This document shows positions 1 through 13,300 of a stretch of 64,000 bases of DNA, in pieces. Within the stretch, counting starts at the first letter, position 1. Each line of letters opens with the position of its first letter. Origin of the DNA: Raillietiella orientalis (lineage: Eukaryota); contig JAYWIR010000021.1 of assembly GCA_036172245.1 (NCBI GenBank), positions 1,922,001 to 1,986,000 on the forward strand, given 5' to 3'. The translations under genes were made by a program, and so were the position numbers. A model generated the notes under the pieces. The model did no database searches and was not told the DNA's origin. It was given only the letters and a program-made list of their open reading frames with translations.

Positions 1-2615
1 AACACGTGTCGTTTCCTTCCAAAGTCAGGTTAGTAGCACTAGAGTAGCTACTAACCGAAATCTGCAAAGCCGCTTCTTCAGCCAAGAGCTCCACCTTCTC
101 GACTCGGTACCCACATCTGGACGCAGCGAAAGGGTATTTCAAGAAAGCAGTGAACACCCTCAGCTTATACTTGAGTGATCCAAACCACGAGCTACAAACG
201 GCATACGAGATGCACTTCCCCTTAGCATAATGGGAAGATGCAGAAGCCTTTGTAGAAGCAAATGCCGCATGACTGCAGCATTTGGCTTCGTGGTTCAGTG
301 GAGGTGTCTCCCTGGCGACGAACCAGAGGAACACCGACTTTCGGTGTCGAGCGCTCGCGAGGAAAGTCCAAAGAACGGAGGCTGCATTGCTTTCCATCGT
401 CTGCACCCCAAATGCGCAGCGGGTCTGCATGTTCCTTCCTACTCGAGAGATCCTGAAATTGTGCCTTGAGCATGTTTTAAAGACAGGCAGCTTTCTGGGA
501 TTTCTGGGAATTGCACGGTGTTTCGCCTCTGTGAGGTCTGTAGCACATTCTCCAAGAAGTGCAAGTACTGGAGAGCCGCTGTCTCTTTGACTCAGCTGCT
601 GAGCACTGAATTCTGAGGCACTGAATTCAGAGCTCCGTGGTCTTGGAAATTCAGTGCCTTTGCTTCGGTAACCTGATTCTGGTTTTGGTATGCGGAAGCT
701 GCTGCTCATCGCTTCCATGACAGTGAATCGGATGCAAAGATCAGGCAGCCTAGAACCCCGCATGTCTTGAGAGCGCATCCTGAAGGACACCAAGCTCTTC
801 CTTGAATTCCAGCCATTCCAAATATAATTTCACTTCATGCGATGGGTTCCACCTGGGAAATGTGCTCACCCTACTCGAGGATTAGGCGCAGGAATGTATA
901 GCATCTTAATCGGGGGTTGCTAATTTCTTGAACTTGGGTGTCTGAAGCTGAGCAAAGAGAATGAAGTCCTCCTCTCATGAAAAGAGGAGTTCCCCTTTGC
1001 AGCTGCCCTGTGTCACCATCTCGAAACCACTCCTCATTCATTTCCGCGTGTGGCATTTCCTCTGTTGCAACGAAGGCTCAAAGAGTTACCGGAACAAATT
1101 TGTTCGGTGACATTTCTAAGTCTTCATGAGTAGTTCTTGAGCCATCTTAAATAGCAGACGCCCTGCTGGATGACATGGAGTAGGGAATCCGGGAAAACCA
1201 CTGGAGCTTTTCGGCGCTTCTCACACGGACTACGATTAAATGAGTCGTTCCAGAAAGCTCCCAGCACTGGGTGTTCCGACACCCGTGCATCAAAAAAATC
1301 TCAATGCCGGGTGATTCGTTGCTATGAGCGGTAGCAAGCGCATCTTTTAAATCCTTGGCAGCAAACGAGCCTCAGTGATTTCATTTGACAGCCTCCATGA
1401 GGGATTCCGTGAATTCAGGAAGAGCTGCATAGTCACTGCAGGGAGTTCACGCTCGTCGGAGAGAGCAAACGGAGCAAACATACGCGCCTCCAGTGAATTC
1501 CTCATGTGCTCTTGGACAGTCAGCAAAGGTCACATTCTAACAAGTAAGAACTGTGGTTTGGTCTCTGCGTCCCATTTCTTACGCAGTTCCGAAAGGGGAG
1601 TTCACTGCTCCCGTTCCACTCCTGCCAACTCTGTTCCGGGAGCACACTGATACGAAGGGCACCGTGATCTCTTTTGCCATTCTACGATTTGTTTCGTTGA
1701 ACAGTTTGGAACTTTGGTAGCCTTTCCAGGGGAGGAAGGGGGGAGAGGTGCAAAATTCCAGCGTACCAGAGTGCAAAATTCCCAACGTCCTCACTGCATG
1801 CAAGTTCGCCTCGACCCGCCGTGCCAACCACAGAATGAAAAAAAGGGGAAAAAGGCATCCAGCTGTATAAAAAAATTTCTCTTGTCTAGATGTCGTCCTG
1901 GCCTCTGATGCTTCGGGAAGACCTTCTTGGGGGGAAGGAAATTCAAACCACCGGAGTGGATACTTGTGAGAAATGAACGTGTTCTTTGATATCCCAAGTG
2001 CTGCTGACGGCAAGAATGATGAAAGGGACCCCCTGCACATGGAACCAGTTTTCCGCTTTATCTACACCCCTGCCTCATACCGTCTGCTTGTCTCCTGAAG
2101 AGAGGAAACGGCTCTTCATTGTCTTCATTCAGCTATCAAGCAAGCCGATGCTACCTTGCAGTTTTCCTCCTAAGGTGACCATGATTGGAGCCATGGCTAC
2201 ATAGGCAGCCATGCTCGCATTGGATTATCCTTTCCGAAAGTGGGTCGGGTCTTCTGTAAATGTGGATGGATGAAATCACAGAGTGCTTTCTAGAAGCTGA
2301 CTTTCTTTTTTTTTTTGGTTTATCTTGAATCGTTAGAGCTTTATGTTCTTGATCCAAGATTAGATTTTAGAACCCCGTTTAACGTTTGGCTTTCGATTTC
2401 ACTAGAGAGGATGGACCGAAGTTAGCCACCAGCAAGGAACACGAGAAGTGGCAAGTGCTCGAAAGCGCAGGATGGACTGCTGAGTGTGTGAAAGATGGCA
2501 GCACAGCGGACGCCTTACGGTGCAGCCGTTGACTCTTTGGCAACCGGAGAACGAGCAGAAGAGCTTCCCGTGACACGGAATTCGCGGATCTCGCAAGCGC
2601 AAGTAGGCAACTAAC

Positions 2616-2741
2616 CAGGACGACCAAGGTCAGTGAGATGGCGCTCTGCTCTTCGAAATCAACAGAAGATTCCAGAATCAGTGTTCCGTTTCCTCCACTT
2701 CCGGGAAAGTTTTTCGTCCGGATGCTGAACTTCGACGAGCC
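2616..2741 (-). CDS. Cad86C: Cadherin-86C-like protein, coding exon 4 (gene continues toward or beyond the left edge)
   Basis: ttttctgatctcag | GSSKFSIRTKNFPGSGGNGTLILESSVDFEEQSAISLTLVVL | gttagt. 126 nt, containing the cadherin LDFE-type calcium motif (VDFE). The next expected exon (DVQD.PP.F) was not found in 1-2615. Confidence 0.88.
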
Positions 2742-2787
2742 CTGAGATCAGAAAAGTGGGAAAGCTCTAGGAAGCTTTAAAGATTAC

Positions 2788-2871
2788 CATAATTTCAAAG
2801 TGAACGCTCGTAAACGGCTCCAGGGTTTTCCTAGCGATGTAGTACTCGATCTCGGAGCCCGAAGGAGTGTT
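2788..2871 (-). CDS. Cad86C: Cadherin-86C-like protein, coding exon 3
   Basis: ctgattccag | NTPSGSEIEYYIARKTLEPFTSVHFEIM | gtaatc. 84 nt, phase 0-0; resembles Cad86C G.ELDYVIARK......V.LEL. Confidence 0.88.
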
Positions 2872-3039
2872 CTGGAATCAGAGGCAACCAAGAAAAAAAA
2901 AAACAAAAACAAAAAACACCCAACTGGAAAAAATCGCGAATTCTTCCCAGAAAACAAATTCGGTTTCGAAGAATTCGGGGTTTCAACCAGGCAAACAGAT
3001 CTAAGCGAAAATGAGGACGAGAGCAGCGGGAAACCCTGG

Positions 3040-3190
3040 CTCCCCTTCGAAGACAACCAGGGTCGGAGGTGCGATCCCTCCCCACTCCGGGGGGATCCCT
3101 CCCCAAGCGTGAGAGGAACGGACTCCGAGCCCTTCCTGGATTCATAGGGCACACCCCCATCCCGGGGTGCCCCCGATCCTGAAGAATTAC
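3040..3190 (+). mobile_element. tRNA-headed structured SINE-like family, 3' fragment (copy A, in a Cad86C intron)
   Basis: agacaaccagggtcggaggtgcgatccc...ccaagcgtgagaggaacggactccgagcccttcctggattcataggg closely matches 35500-35590. Confidence 0.8.
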
Positions 3191-3395
3191 ACTGAAGAAT
3201 TACATGCTGCGTATCCGGTGGTCAGCATCAGATTAAAAGAAGCGTTTTGTCGCGAGTAGACGAACTACGGAATTGAAAGCGGAAATCGGATCAGGTGAGG
3301 TGGCCGGAAATCTTTTCGACACCATCCAACTGTTGCAGATGAGAAGCAGGTGAGTGAGACCAGCAGGAGGCCGGAAGGGTCGAGTGCAAACTCAC

Positions 3396-3652
3396 CTCAA
3401 GTATGGTCACGATGGGGATGTACCTGACGAACGTCTCCTCAAGCTTAGTGGAGCCCTCCGTCGCTAGTATGCGTGAGGCGATCTCTGTTTCTTCCTTTTT
3501 GCTGTTAGCCACGGTCATTGAGAAATCGTAGATCCGACCAGCTTCCAGCTTCCTCTTAAGATACACGTCAGCTTCGCAACTGATGCTTCGGCATGGAAGG
3601 CGGATCTGAATCCTTATCAAGGTGTTGGCTATGCCTGCTGCCTCACCGAGGT
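3396..3652 (-). CDS. Cad86C: Cadherin-86C-like protein, coding exon 2
   Basis: Acceptor ttcatgcttgcttcag and donor gtgagt; phase 1->0, consistent with the neighbouring exons. Encodes (D)LGEAAGIANTLIRIQIRLPCRSISCEADVYLKRKLEAGRIYDFSMTVANSKKEETEIASRILATEGSTKLEETFVRYIPIVTILE, matching Cad86C LPC...C.A.V.L.R.LE.GR.YDF. An alternative same-phase acceptor 18 nt inside (gcag|GC ATA) is possible. Confidence 0.88.
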
Positions 3653-6600
3653 CTGAAGCAAGCATGAAAGAAAAATTCAGTTAATGGTACAAATCCGTTC
3701 GGCTCTCTGTTTGTTGATTCATCATCGAACTACAGTCTATGACAGTATGATAGTCAGTAACAATCATCGGTCCACAGTTTTCCTCATGGGAGCCTTCTAT
3801 CACGTCTTGGGTGCGCAGCTTTCCAAAGATCAGAAGCAAGAAAGCACTTGCAGTACATTTTTTTCTGCTTTTTTTTTTTTTTTTTTTTTGAATATTGGTT
3901 GGCGGCAAAAGATGGTATCTCCATTGGTCCACGGTTAGGAATTTATTAGATGAATGAGGCGGCGTTTTGTCTCTGGTGCTTTGGCGTGCGATCAAGATGA
4001 TGATGCTGGCGGCGAGGACAAGAACAGCAGGTGATGTTTTGGGTCGATAGGGGATTGAAAATTATTTCTTCTTTTCGTGCCACCCTTCGGGTAAATCTTG
4101 CTTCCCGTTCAATTTCGAATGGCACCTAAATTTCCCGAGCACCAGCTTCCCCGACGAAGATGACCCAGATTCGAGCAGGGTCCTTCTGGTGTGGACCATG
4201 ATCACGATCATCTGTAGCTTCCCAATCTGGATGTGGAATTTCTGTGGAACAGGAGGCGGTAGTCGGGTGGGACCCTTCCCAAGAATTCTGAGCAGCTCTT
4301 CGATGCGTTCCTTAGCTGCAGACTCGCTTCTTCTCATAAATCTACTCCGGGAATCATCGGTTTCGTTGGCGGAAGGCGGGTGCCCATGCAGTTTGTCAGC
4401 TTTCCCAGGACAGACGCAAAAGACTCCTCAAGCTGAGGCCCACGCGACGGTTTATTTGCAAAACACGCGTTCGCTTTCGCCTGGATCTGAGACGCAACTT
4501 ACCGTCGTCACATTCTTATAATTCGTTATTGGTTCGAACATCCAACCAAATGCAAAATGCCGTGCTTAAGCAAATGACGAATTCTTACAGAAAGCAGAAT
4601 TCCGTTTTGAAGAAGTAAAACTTGAAATTTTATTGAGATTAACAATTTTGCCATTGATCAAAATATCGGTAATAAATCATGAGGTTCGTGGGAGAAGAAG
4701 AATCGCTTTAAACGCGACCTCAGTTCTCCGATTCCAGAATACTCGGAAAGTTTTTTTCTTTCAGCATATCCGCATATGATATACTGCTATTCCTGAAAAA
4801 AATGAATTGTGCAATGTATTACAGCTTATTTAGGGTTCTCCGACACTGAGGTACGTAAGACGAAGAGAGACCAAAGTGTGCCTTCTGTACGAAGTTACAT
4901 CTTCTAAGAAGCTAAGTTTCTATGCCGTCACTAGAAAACTAGCAGACGATTTCTCAAAAGCCAAGAGATGTGAGAAACTCTATAAGATCTGAATGAGTCA
5001 GATCATTTCGAGAGCACTGGACTCTTAGATGTACTCCTCCAAGTGGACAATAAGGTGAAGGGCTTATTTTCTCGCATGAGCAAAATTTCAGTCTTTGGTT
5101 CTTCCTCCTGATCTAAGATGCACACAGCTTTGTATGGAAAGACCTTCTGAAATTACCGTGTCCTACTGCACGATTCGAATTTTTAATATCCTTAGTCCTT
5201 TCACGAGGTCAGCGTATCCAAAAGTGCAATGGAAGCTACCAGGTCATCTTAAGACTTCCCCTTGTCCGTCGCAGTCCATGCACCAGAAACTAATCTTCAT
5301 CCCATCGCTGAAGCACTGTTCCATTACCATTCGATATTCCCCCATTTGCAATTAGCTACACCGAATCGATCGAAAAACTCCGTACTCCAAGGATCGTACA
5401 GGAGAAACAATTTTGTATTCATCCAGCGTTCATACAGATACCAAGGGGGGGGAACAACTCCCTCCCTAATGTTGCTATTACTTCACGGGACGCGGATCAC
5501 TGTCTTTGTCAACTCGGCAAACACCTACCAACGATTTCACCGGTGTCCTGACGGACTGGTGGGAACACTTTAGGGTTAGTCGCTCAGCCTTGCTCGTACC
5601 ACGAAATGGACCCTCTAACTGATAGAAAGCGAGGAACCACTGAAAGATCGCAGAACTCTTTGACGCGTTCTCCGGAGGCACGCAACTCCGCCGAGAAAGA
5701 CCACCGACTACCGGGCAGCGGAGGCTGCAGGCCGAGCTGAAAGTGGAAGATGAAGATGAGAACGGTGAGCTTCAACGTGTCACTAGACACCCCGTTGTGA
5801 TTTGAGCTGATGGTATGAAAATGAAATCTGCAGCTGGCAAAACCCTTGGCTTCGCCATTATCTCTTCTTTCCTGAATGCATGCAAAATGGGATTGGAGCC
5901 TTCCAAAGCACAAATAGGCTGCACAGATTTTTAATTATCAGATTTCAAACGGACACAAAAGTAAAATCAGTCAGTCGCTCAGAAGAGCGACTGGGGCTGA
6001 GGGATACCGTCCTAAAAGAAGAGGAGAGTCACACCATAGCCTATAGTCGGTGGAAGCAGGTTGTAATTGCTCTTCTTCTGTGTCTCCTTTCGATTGATCT
6101 TCGATTAGAGGGTCTATAACTGAATCCAAGTTGCCAAAAAAAACCCTCCCTTTCCTCTAGCGGGGACATCTCGGGCAACATTCCTTCCGACTTTTCTTCC
6201 TCCCCCTCATCTTCTGGCTTCTCTGTCGCTTCTTGTGTGGTATTTCTTCGACTTTCTTCTCCAAGTACTTCCATGGATGGGTCTTCCTCGGAGGCTACGC
6301 AATCTCTTGCCTCCGGTAGTAGGTCGTAGTCTCTCCGTCCGCGCATGCCAGACCCGATGGTTTAGCAGGCCCCGTGGAGGAGGTCATGCCACACTCCGGT
6401 CTGGTACAGACGAGTCTTGTTGAGACCTGCAGCATAACCACGGGGGCAGGCGAGAAGGGTTCACCGTCGCAGACGTGATGCGAGGATCCTGTTAATGGCA
6501 TGTCCTCCCTACATCTGTGAGCGCCTCCTCGATCCTGTGCGTATCCATCATATGTCTCTTTATCCTTTGTACTTGGAGTCGAACTATCGCAGCTCTAGAT

Positions 6601-7648
6601 ATGTAGTCGCTATTCCACGACGCCACAGGCCATTGGGGATGCTAGTGGAAATGGTTGGGTGACCACGCGAGCCTGCGGGTCCCAGTCTACTATACTCAGC
6701 GCCTGGAGGCTGATCTGACTCTGACCGAATTCCAGCTTACCAGCATCAACTTCAAAGCAAGGAAGAAGTCCACTATTCTCCACATTGGTAACAGTTTCTC
6801 CAAGGGTCGCAAGTGCGTTTTATTCACCCGCCATTTCCATTTACAATGTTGATGCAATCAAGAAAGAAGTTTGCATGCTAACAAGATGACCATGACTGAT
6901 TTTCAGGTGGGATTTTGACTTGGGAATCCGAAAGAGCTTCCTTATTCTGGTAGGTTTAGCCTAGTTTACATTTGACCTTATTTGACCAGGACTCTCTAAT
7001 CCCATATGAAAAGGGAAGGGTTACGAGATGATTGCTCTTCGCGCTGAAAATAGGTTCACAGATTAGTGGAACAGCCCAGGAGAGGGCTTGCAAGAAAATG
7101 CTGACAAACGCTGTCCGCAACGTAATGGAAGGACAACAGAAAAAGAGGATGCCGTGTTTCCTGACGTTGCTGAAGTCTGCTCTTTCGTAGATTCGAAACA
7201 AAGTCATCGTGATTTATGAATTATGAAATGCCCGTGCATAGCACTTCATCTAGGAAACTGCTCCCATTGGGGAGGGACACTTCGTATACACAGCAGTCAC
7301 TTTTTGCTAGCTTCGACTTGGCAACTTCATATTCAAAATAATATATGCATTCACATATTTAGAGCTATTGGAGACGTGAAAGTATCTATTATTTAAAATC
7401 AGAGATTCATCAAAGTGCCTGCGAATATGCTAGCCCGCTTCTTTTTAAACCACCTTCTATAAAGCAGTAGGCAACAAAAAGACGAAAGCTAAATCTTCTA
7501 CAAATCGGAGTTCGGCACTGATTATCTCATTGGCAGCGCAGTGCGTGAAAGAAAAAGGCGGTCCGAGAGGTCCGCAGAATTTCAGGTTCATAAATATACA
7601 CAATATGAATGTGCATTTGGATAAATATACATACTACGAATTACATGT

Positions 7649-7695
7649 CTATATATATATACATATATATATATAGAGAGATAGATAGATAGATA
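7649..7695. repeat. Compound (TA)n/(GA)n/(GATA)n microsatellite
   Basis: Directly visible in the sequence. Confidence 0.9.
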
Positions 7696-8091
7696 TTGTG
7701 TATTGTCTATTGTGTATATCTTATGATATGATATATATACCATAAGATGTACACAATGGCATTACGCCCGGCACATTTTGAGAGAATCGGATTCCGGTAT
7801 AATTTTCGGATCGAATAAATGGGGAAGTAGAGTAGGGCTGGGTCCATATGCAGCTTCTTGGAATATCCAGTTGAAAAAATCAGTGCCTACTATTCTGCGC
7901 AAGTCTTCCCGCAGTTCCGAGTGTAACGCGGAGCAACGAAGCATCTCCATGGAGGTTTGGGTCTGCAGGGGCGTGGAGATGAGAATGGGTTGCATCCAAC
8001 CCATTCGTGTCAACCGGGCGAAACGTTGGGGTGTTTTCATTGATAGCACCCGGCCGGACACGCGTGGCTCTGAATATTCAAAGGAACATAC

Positions 8092-8278
8092 CTCTGACTC
8101 CGAAGATCAAAGGTAGATCGTCGACTTTCGCCGCGCTCGCCTTGGTACGATACACTAAGCTTCCTCTGGGAGTGTTTGCTGGGAGGAGCAGGATTCTCAT
8201 GATGTGAGACAAGTGAAAAGTCGGAGCTGTACCAAAAATAGGCACCCAGAGGCAAAAATTATAGACAAAAATGAGCAT
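8092..8278 (-). CDS. Cad86C: Cadherin-86C-like protein, first coding exon (signal peptide and start of first cadherin repeat)
   Basis: Encodes MLIFVYNFCLWVPIFG-TAPTFHLSHIMRILLLPANTPRGSLVYRTKASAAKVDDLPLIFGVR, which resembles the Cad86C N-terminus (PxF...MRLVLVPADA..GSVIYRLRA.D.D.DYPL.F). There is an in-frame stop upstream of the ATG, an acceptor tttaattttag ending at 8301, and a phase-1 donor gtatgt at 8091. Confidence 0.85.
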
Positions 8279-10290
8279 AATCTCATCGAATCATGGCCAC
8301 CTAAAATTAAAGGGGAAAAAAAAAAAAAAAAGAAATCTGAACGCTGCTTGAACACTTTTTTTTTTTTTTTTTTTTTAGAAAACATCATTCCAAGAACTGA
8401 GCATTCGTTGTTCGTGTTAAAAGAATTCGCACATCCGAGCTGCGTGCAATCCTTACAAAAGGGAGGAAGGCGTCGGAAACGTACGATGGTACAGCAGCTG
8501 TTTCCGTGTCCACTCATTGAGCACGTTTGTTTGTTTGTTTGTCCGTTTTTCCTGAGCATGTTCACACATGATGAATCATCGTCATCGCTTACGTTCCTGC
8601 TGCTCCGTTTCGTCATTTTGAGGATCGCCATTTCAGCCATTTGCCTTGGGGGGAATCCCTCGGGTGCGAATTCGGCGATTTCTTAAGGAAAGCGTCCTCG
8701 GGCAACTCGACTTCACGATGACACCGGCCTAAGGCCTACCATCGTCAAATCCTTGGAGCATGGAGGCAAAGTTCGCGGAAGCTGCATCATAGTTCGCGGC
8801 TGTACCCGGCACTGCTGTTTGCACCTGACCTGGTTGCAAAGCAGTTTGGCCTCTCGCGTCTGGCATGGCCGTCGTCTGGTTAGCAAGTTATTTCTGGTGT
8901 GCCTTGACCTTTAGGAATAGCCACCATTCTCTCGGGGTGGCTTTGCTGTTCGGAGTCCAAGATCGAAACCAGATGGTTCGATCTGGACCGTGAGCAGCCG
9001 TAGCGCTCTTTTCTTTGCCACCTGAAAAAGTCGGCACATGTTTCCACCGCGCATCTCCAGAAGAGATACAGAGAGACGAGCGGGGATTTCACTCGAACGA
9101 GCGCTAGGACGCGCCCAGGACTAGGGCTGTCCCAATTGGCAAAGTTGTTATCTTGCCCTCGGTCCCCAGCAGCGTGCTCAAACGGAGCCCCAGGGGAATA
9201 GCAACCCTGTTCCGATGCAGCCAAGCAGGCAGTGCAGCAGCTGCAGCAATCGATGTCTAAGTAGCAGAGGACACAAGCGGCAACCTTGTAGCATTCCACT
9301 TAACCCCAGAACCATCCGAACACTGCAAGAGATTCCGCTTCCACCATCCGCCTTCTGCGATCTCAATTTCCCTGTTCTCTTAAGCAGAGTTTCTCGCGGT
9401 CAGCCCGATAGCGCCCAAGAGCAGAGCACAGCATGGCTGGTGGAAAAGTCGATGCGCATGCGCGATTCGACATTAACGAGAGAGAGGCGCTCATTTTCAA
9501 GTTGAGCAAAGCACGAAATGGCCTCTTAGAGTCGGGGGAAAGGAGAGCGGTTCGAGGAATCGATGGCCAGTTTTCTTACAAGCGGAGGATGTGGAAGCTT
9601 ATGGAAGAAGTTCCTCATCCCGGTGACCCGGTGGTGGCACGCAGTGGAGCGGAAACGCAGCAGGGAACGGTGTGCTGCACTGGGCAAGAGCACTCGGGAA
9701 GGGATGGACGCCTGCGGTGCGTGCGGGTCGCTGAGCACCCGGGCACGGCTTGATGGTTTTTCCGGATCATTATTTTGGAGACCTCAGTAAGCAACAAGCC
9801 GGTGTTCCAGATGGATTCAGGGCATCAGTTGCGAGCACGGCGCATGCTCTTATGCACGAATACGTAATCGAAAACTTTCCACTTGTCTGCTTTGAAAGTT
9901 TTCGATTTGGACTTCTCCAAGTGGCACTCCGCCCACACTCAACAAGATGGCGCCTTGCCTCGCTCTAATCTAATTTCTATAGACCCAGTTCGTTGCTATT
10001 AGTCGCAACCAGCTCTGCTCGTTGATTCCCAAAATTTCAGTACTCTGTTTCGTTATAAGAAGCCTTCCACTTCGGTGCCTACTCGACAATCATAATTTTT
10101 GATAGCGTTCATCTCGTGAGCTGCTCCGGAGGATTTAGACGGACAGCACCACATCTAACCATTTCCGTGAGATGATGATCCGTCTTCCATGTGAATGCCA
10201 GGAGAACTCGACGAGAGCTGCCGACGTGCTCTCGCCGTCGTATCTTTGTGTCCTGCGCTGGTCGATACGTTCACTTCCTTCGGACTTGTA

Positions 10291-10311
10291 ATGATGATGA
10301 TGATGATGATG
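10291..10311. repeat. (ATG)7 microsatellite
   Basis: Directly visible; it produces the poly-M, poly-H and poly-I runs in the ORF track. Confidence 0.9.
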
Positions 10312-13300
10312 GTTTTGGTTGCCGAGAACCTTTCCTCGGAAACAGGCACGCTCGCAGTTGCGCCAGCTGATCGCCAACACGGAAGGATTCTCGACTCGAC
10401 ATTCAGCGGCTTCACTGCAGACTTCCGTGAGCCTCCCCGCACAACTGGAGGATTCCTTCCCTTCGTAAGCAGCCGCTTCAACGTGATGCGACCTTCATTC
10501 CACGTGACTCTTTGACGTGCTTTCTGTCCGAGGCAAAAACAAGCACAAGAGCTGAACGCTGTTGCTGGAGAAATTCAGAAGCGAATCTTAAACAGAGAGT
10601 GCCTGAGGGAAGTAGGCGAAGAGAGTGACACTCACGAGGACGCAGCACGTCAGCAGAGAAGGAACATCCCAGTATGACCTGATGATGGGCTTAGCAAAGC
10701 ATTGTGAAAGTTGGAGGGATTTCTTCCCGTCCGGTGTCATCCAAAGCACAATGTATTACACATACCTTCACAACATAGGACTGAGCCGGGAACAGTTTCA
10801 TTCTACTCATGCACGGCTTCCACTAAAGCCACCCTCATCCATCTTCCTTATTCTTGAACAAATGAAGATGCGACACTAAAGTGTTAATCGGGGAGGGAGG
10901 GGGGGAGGAAGCTACTGACGACGAGTTTTCCTGCTAATTTCAATGTCCTCGTCCTTTCTTTTCCTTTGGTGTTTTCTTGCAGAGATCGGGCTCGTGCAGT
11001 GACGATCCGAGACGGACGCTTCTTCTCCCCCAGAATTCCAACACAAGAAGATGTTCCCCGACGTGCGGTGGATTCCTTTATCGGTTCTCACCTCATCTTT
11101 GAGTCTGATGATGGTCTGATCCTCCAGTCCAATTACGTTGCTAGGATTCCCACGTGAGGCTGCAGTGCGCAAACTGCCGCTCAAATTCCGAAGGGAAGGC
11201 GTGCCAACTTTTATTTTGGCTCGTTCGATAACGATTTGAATGAGAACCCGGAAAATCGGACGATATGAGGTCATTTCGGAGCTCGGTTTCGAAGGCCTCG
11301 TGCGGAAGGGAAGCAGGAAGAGAACCAAAGATCTGGGAGACATGAACTCCATCAGACCCACGCACGGAGATTCATGGGAACGGAAACGCCACGAGAGGAT
11401 GGAAGGAAAAAAAAACGAAGATGGATGGCCGTCGGACATTCGTATTCGAAACCTCTCTATCTCTTAGCATTTTATCGCTGCTTTAGGATGTTTTTCCTTT
11501 TTGGGTGTGTGTGTGCCGTACTCAGGGAACATCGGTTTGCTTTCTCAGATCGGATCCTCGCAGAATTCCATGAAAATGAGTCCCCCACTTTCAACGAGGT
11601 CAGTTCGATTCTCGCTTCGGCTTCTTCCGAGGTAATCATTTTATCCGAAACGCCCGGAAATGTTTCACTTACCTGTTGCATGATGCTGTTTTCCTCTCCG
11701 CGGATGTTTTCACTGACCCATAACGAGGCTGCTGCTCACTGCAGGAATGGGAAAAATCCGTCCCCTGCACTCAGAGCAGGCGCAAACGCGGGGCTCACGA
11801 AGTCCACACTGAGACGTCCCCACTTTTAGAGCACCTTTATATGGGTATCCGGAAGAAGACGTACAGCCACGAGCAGCGAAAATCCGAGGCAGCGGCATCG
11901 CCGGGCTGAGGAACTCACGGCCGGGCATTTTTCGGATGGCGGAAGTGTGATTTATGAAAATTGATGGTCCGAGGGCAGGGAGTGTTCTCACCCGGTTGCG
12001 ACGGCCCAGCGCGAGAAGAAGGGAGGAAAGGGGGAGGGCGGGTTCCACACGAGATGAAAACCTGCGTAACTTGTGAAAATAAGCACAGTTTCCGATGTGT
12101 AATGGCAAAATGGCCGATTAGCAGCTGAGACTTCCGAAGAGAAGCGCATTTTTCGGTCGGCAGATCACCACCGTACGCAAGACGTGTTCGTGTTCGTAAA
12201 CACGTGTTCTTTGCTTGGGACAGAAACGGAGGGGGGGAAAAAAAAAAAAAAAAATGAATCGTGAATTTTGAATGGAAACACGGGTTCGCTCGGAAGGACA
12301 TATTCCTGAAAGCTGCTCGTACGAGCAGACTTTTAGCTTCGAGAGCCGACTTCGACCACGTTGCTCGTCATCATCAGAGACGCTCTTTTCAGAGCGCTGA
12401 TGACCCGCGGTTTCGGTCGGACTGGGCAGACGCGAGCTCGGCTTTTGGAAAGAGCTCGAAAAAAAAATGAGAGATTCTAAATCGTCATTAAACAAAAGAT
12501 CATCGTACCGAGAGGCCGTTCAATACGAATAGCAGTAGCAATTTCAAAGCTCAAGAGGGGAGAAAAAAAAAAAAAAAAAAAAACGCAATCCTCTCTGAAA
12601 ATCCAATAAATTCACATCTTCCGGCCGAAAGGAAGGGATGCACCGAAATCGTAGATCCTGCGGTTTCATACAGATTATGGAGACTGCTGCCATTGACGAT
12701 ACGTCTAAATACGATAAGGTCCGGTTCGCCGAGGTGGCGTTTCTGAAATCACCAGATGGTCCGACTGCAGCAGCCGTGCGCAGCGATGGGGCAATGGGGC
12801 AACTGGGTGAAATCACGCAACCTTTTGCTAATCGCCCTTTGACATGACCCCGTTTGTGCAAATGTTCGAAGACGCTTTTTTTTTCCTCTTTGGCACCGGT
12901 GGCAGCAGCTCAACGGGGCTTTCGACATTCCGAACTGCCAAATCGATTCAATCCACGGCTCGAAATGGACGATCGGTGGTGTGGCTCTTCACTGATGAAT
13001 CTCCGCATGGGCATCCCATTTCCCTTTGATCTTCCTTGCTTTCCGATTCACAGATCATGCCTCCTGGGCGCTGGTTGACTTTTTTTCCACCCATGTTTAA
13101 TAATTCAGATCTGGGAGTCACAGGAAGGCGCGGAAAATGAAAACTCTTCGATTTTTTTTTTATTTTTTTTTTTTTATTTTTTTGTGTCGGCTTATTTCAT
13201 GCATGGGAGGATCATCGAAAGAAATCATCACTGTTGCCTCGTGTTGCCTGCGGCACTGTGGTCAACTCCCGTGCAAGCAGACAAAATTAAGGTGCTTCCC

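Noticed and set aside
600..660. Short direct/inverted repeats of cactgaattc
   Set aside because: Only three ~10-nt units with no spacer periodicity; not CRISPR-like.
6040..6640. Possible zinc-finger remnant (IKRHMMDTH) and acidic tract on the minus strand
   Set aside because: Too degenerate to assign to a retroelement or gene.
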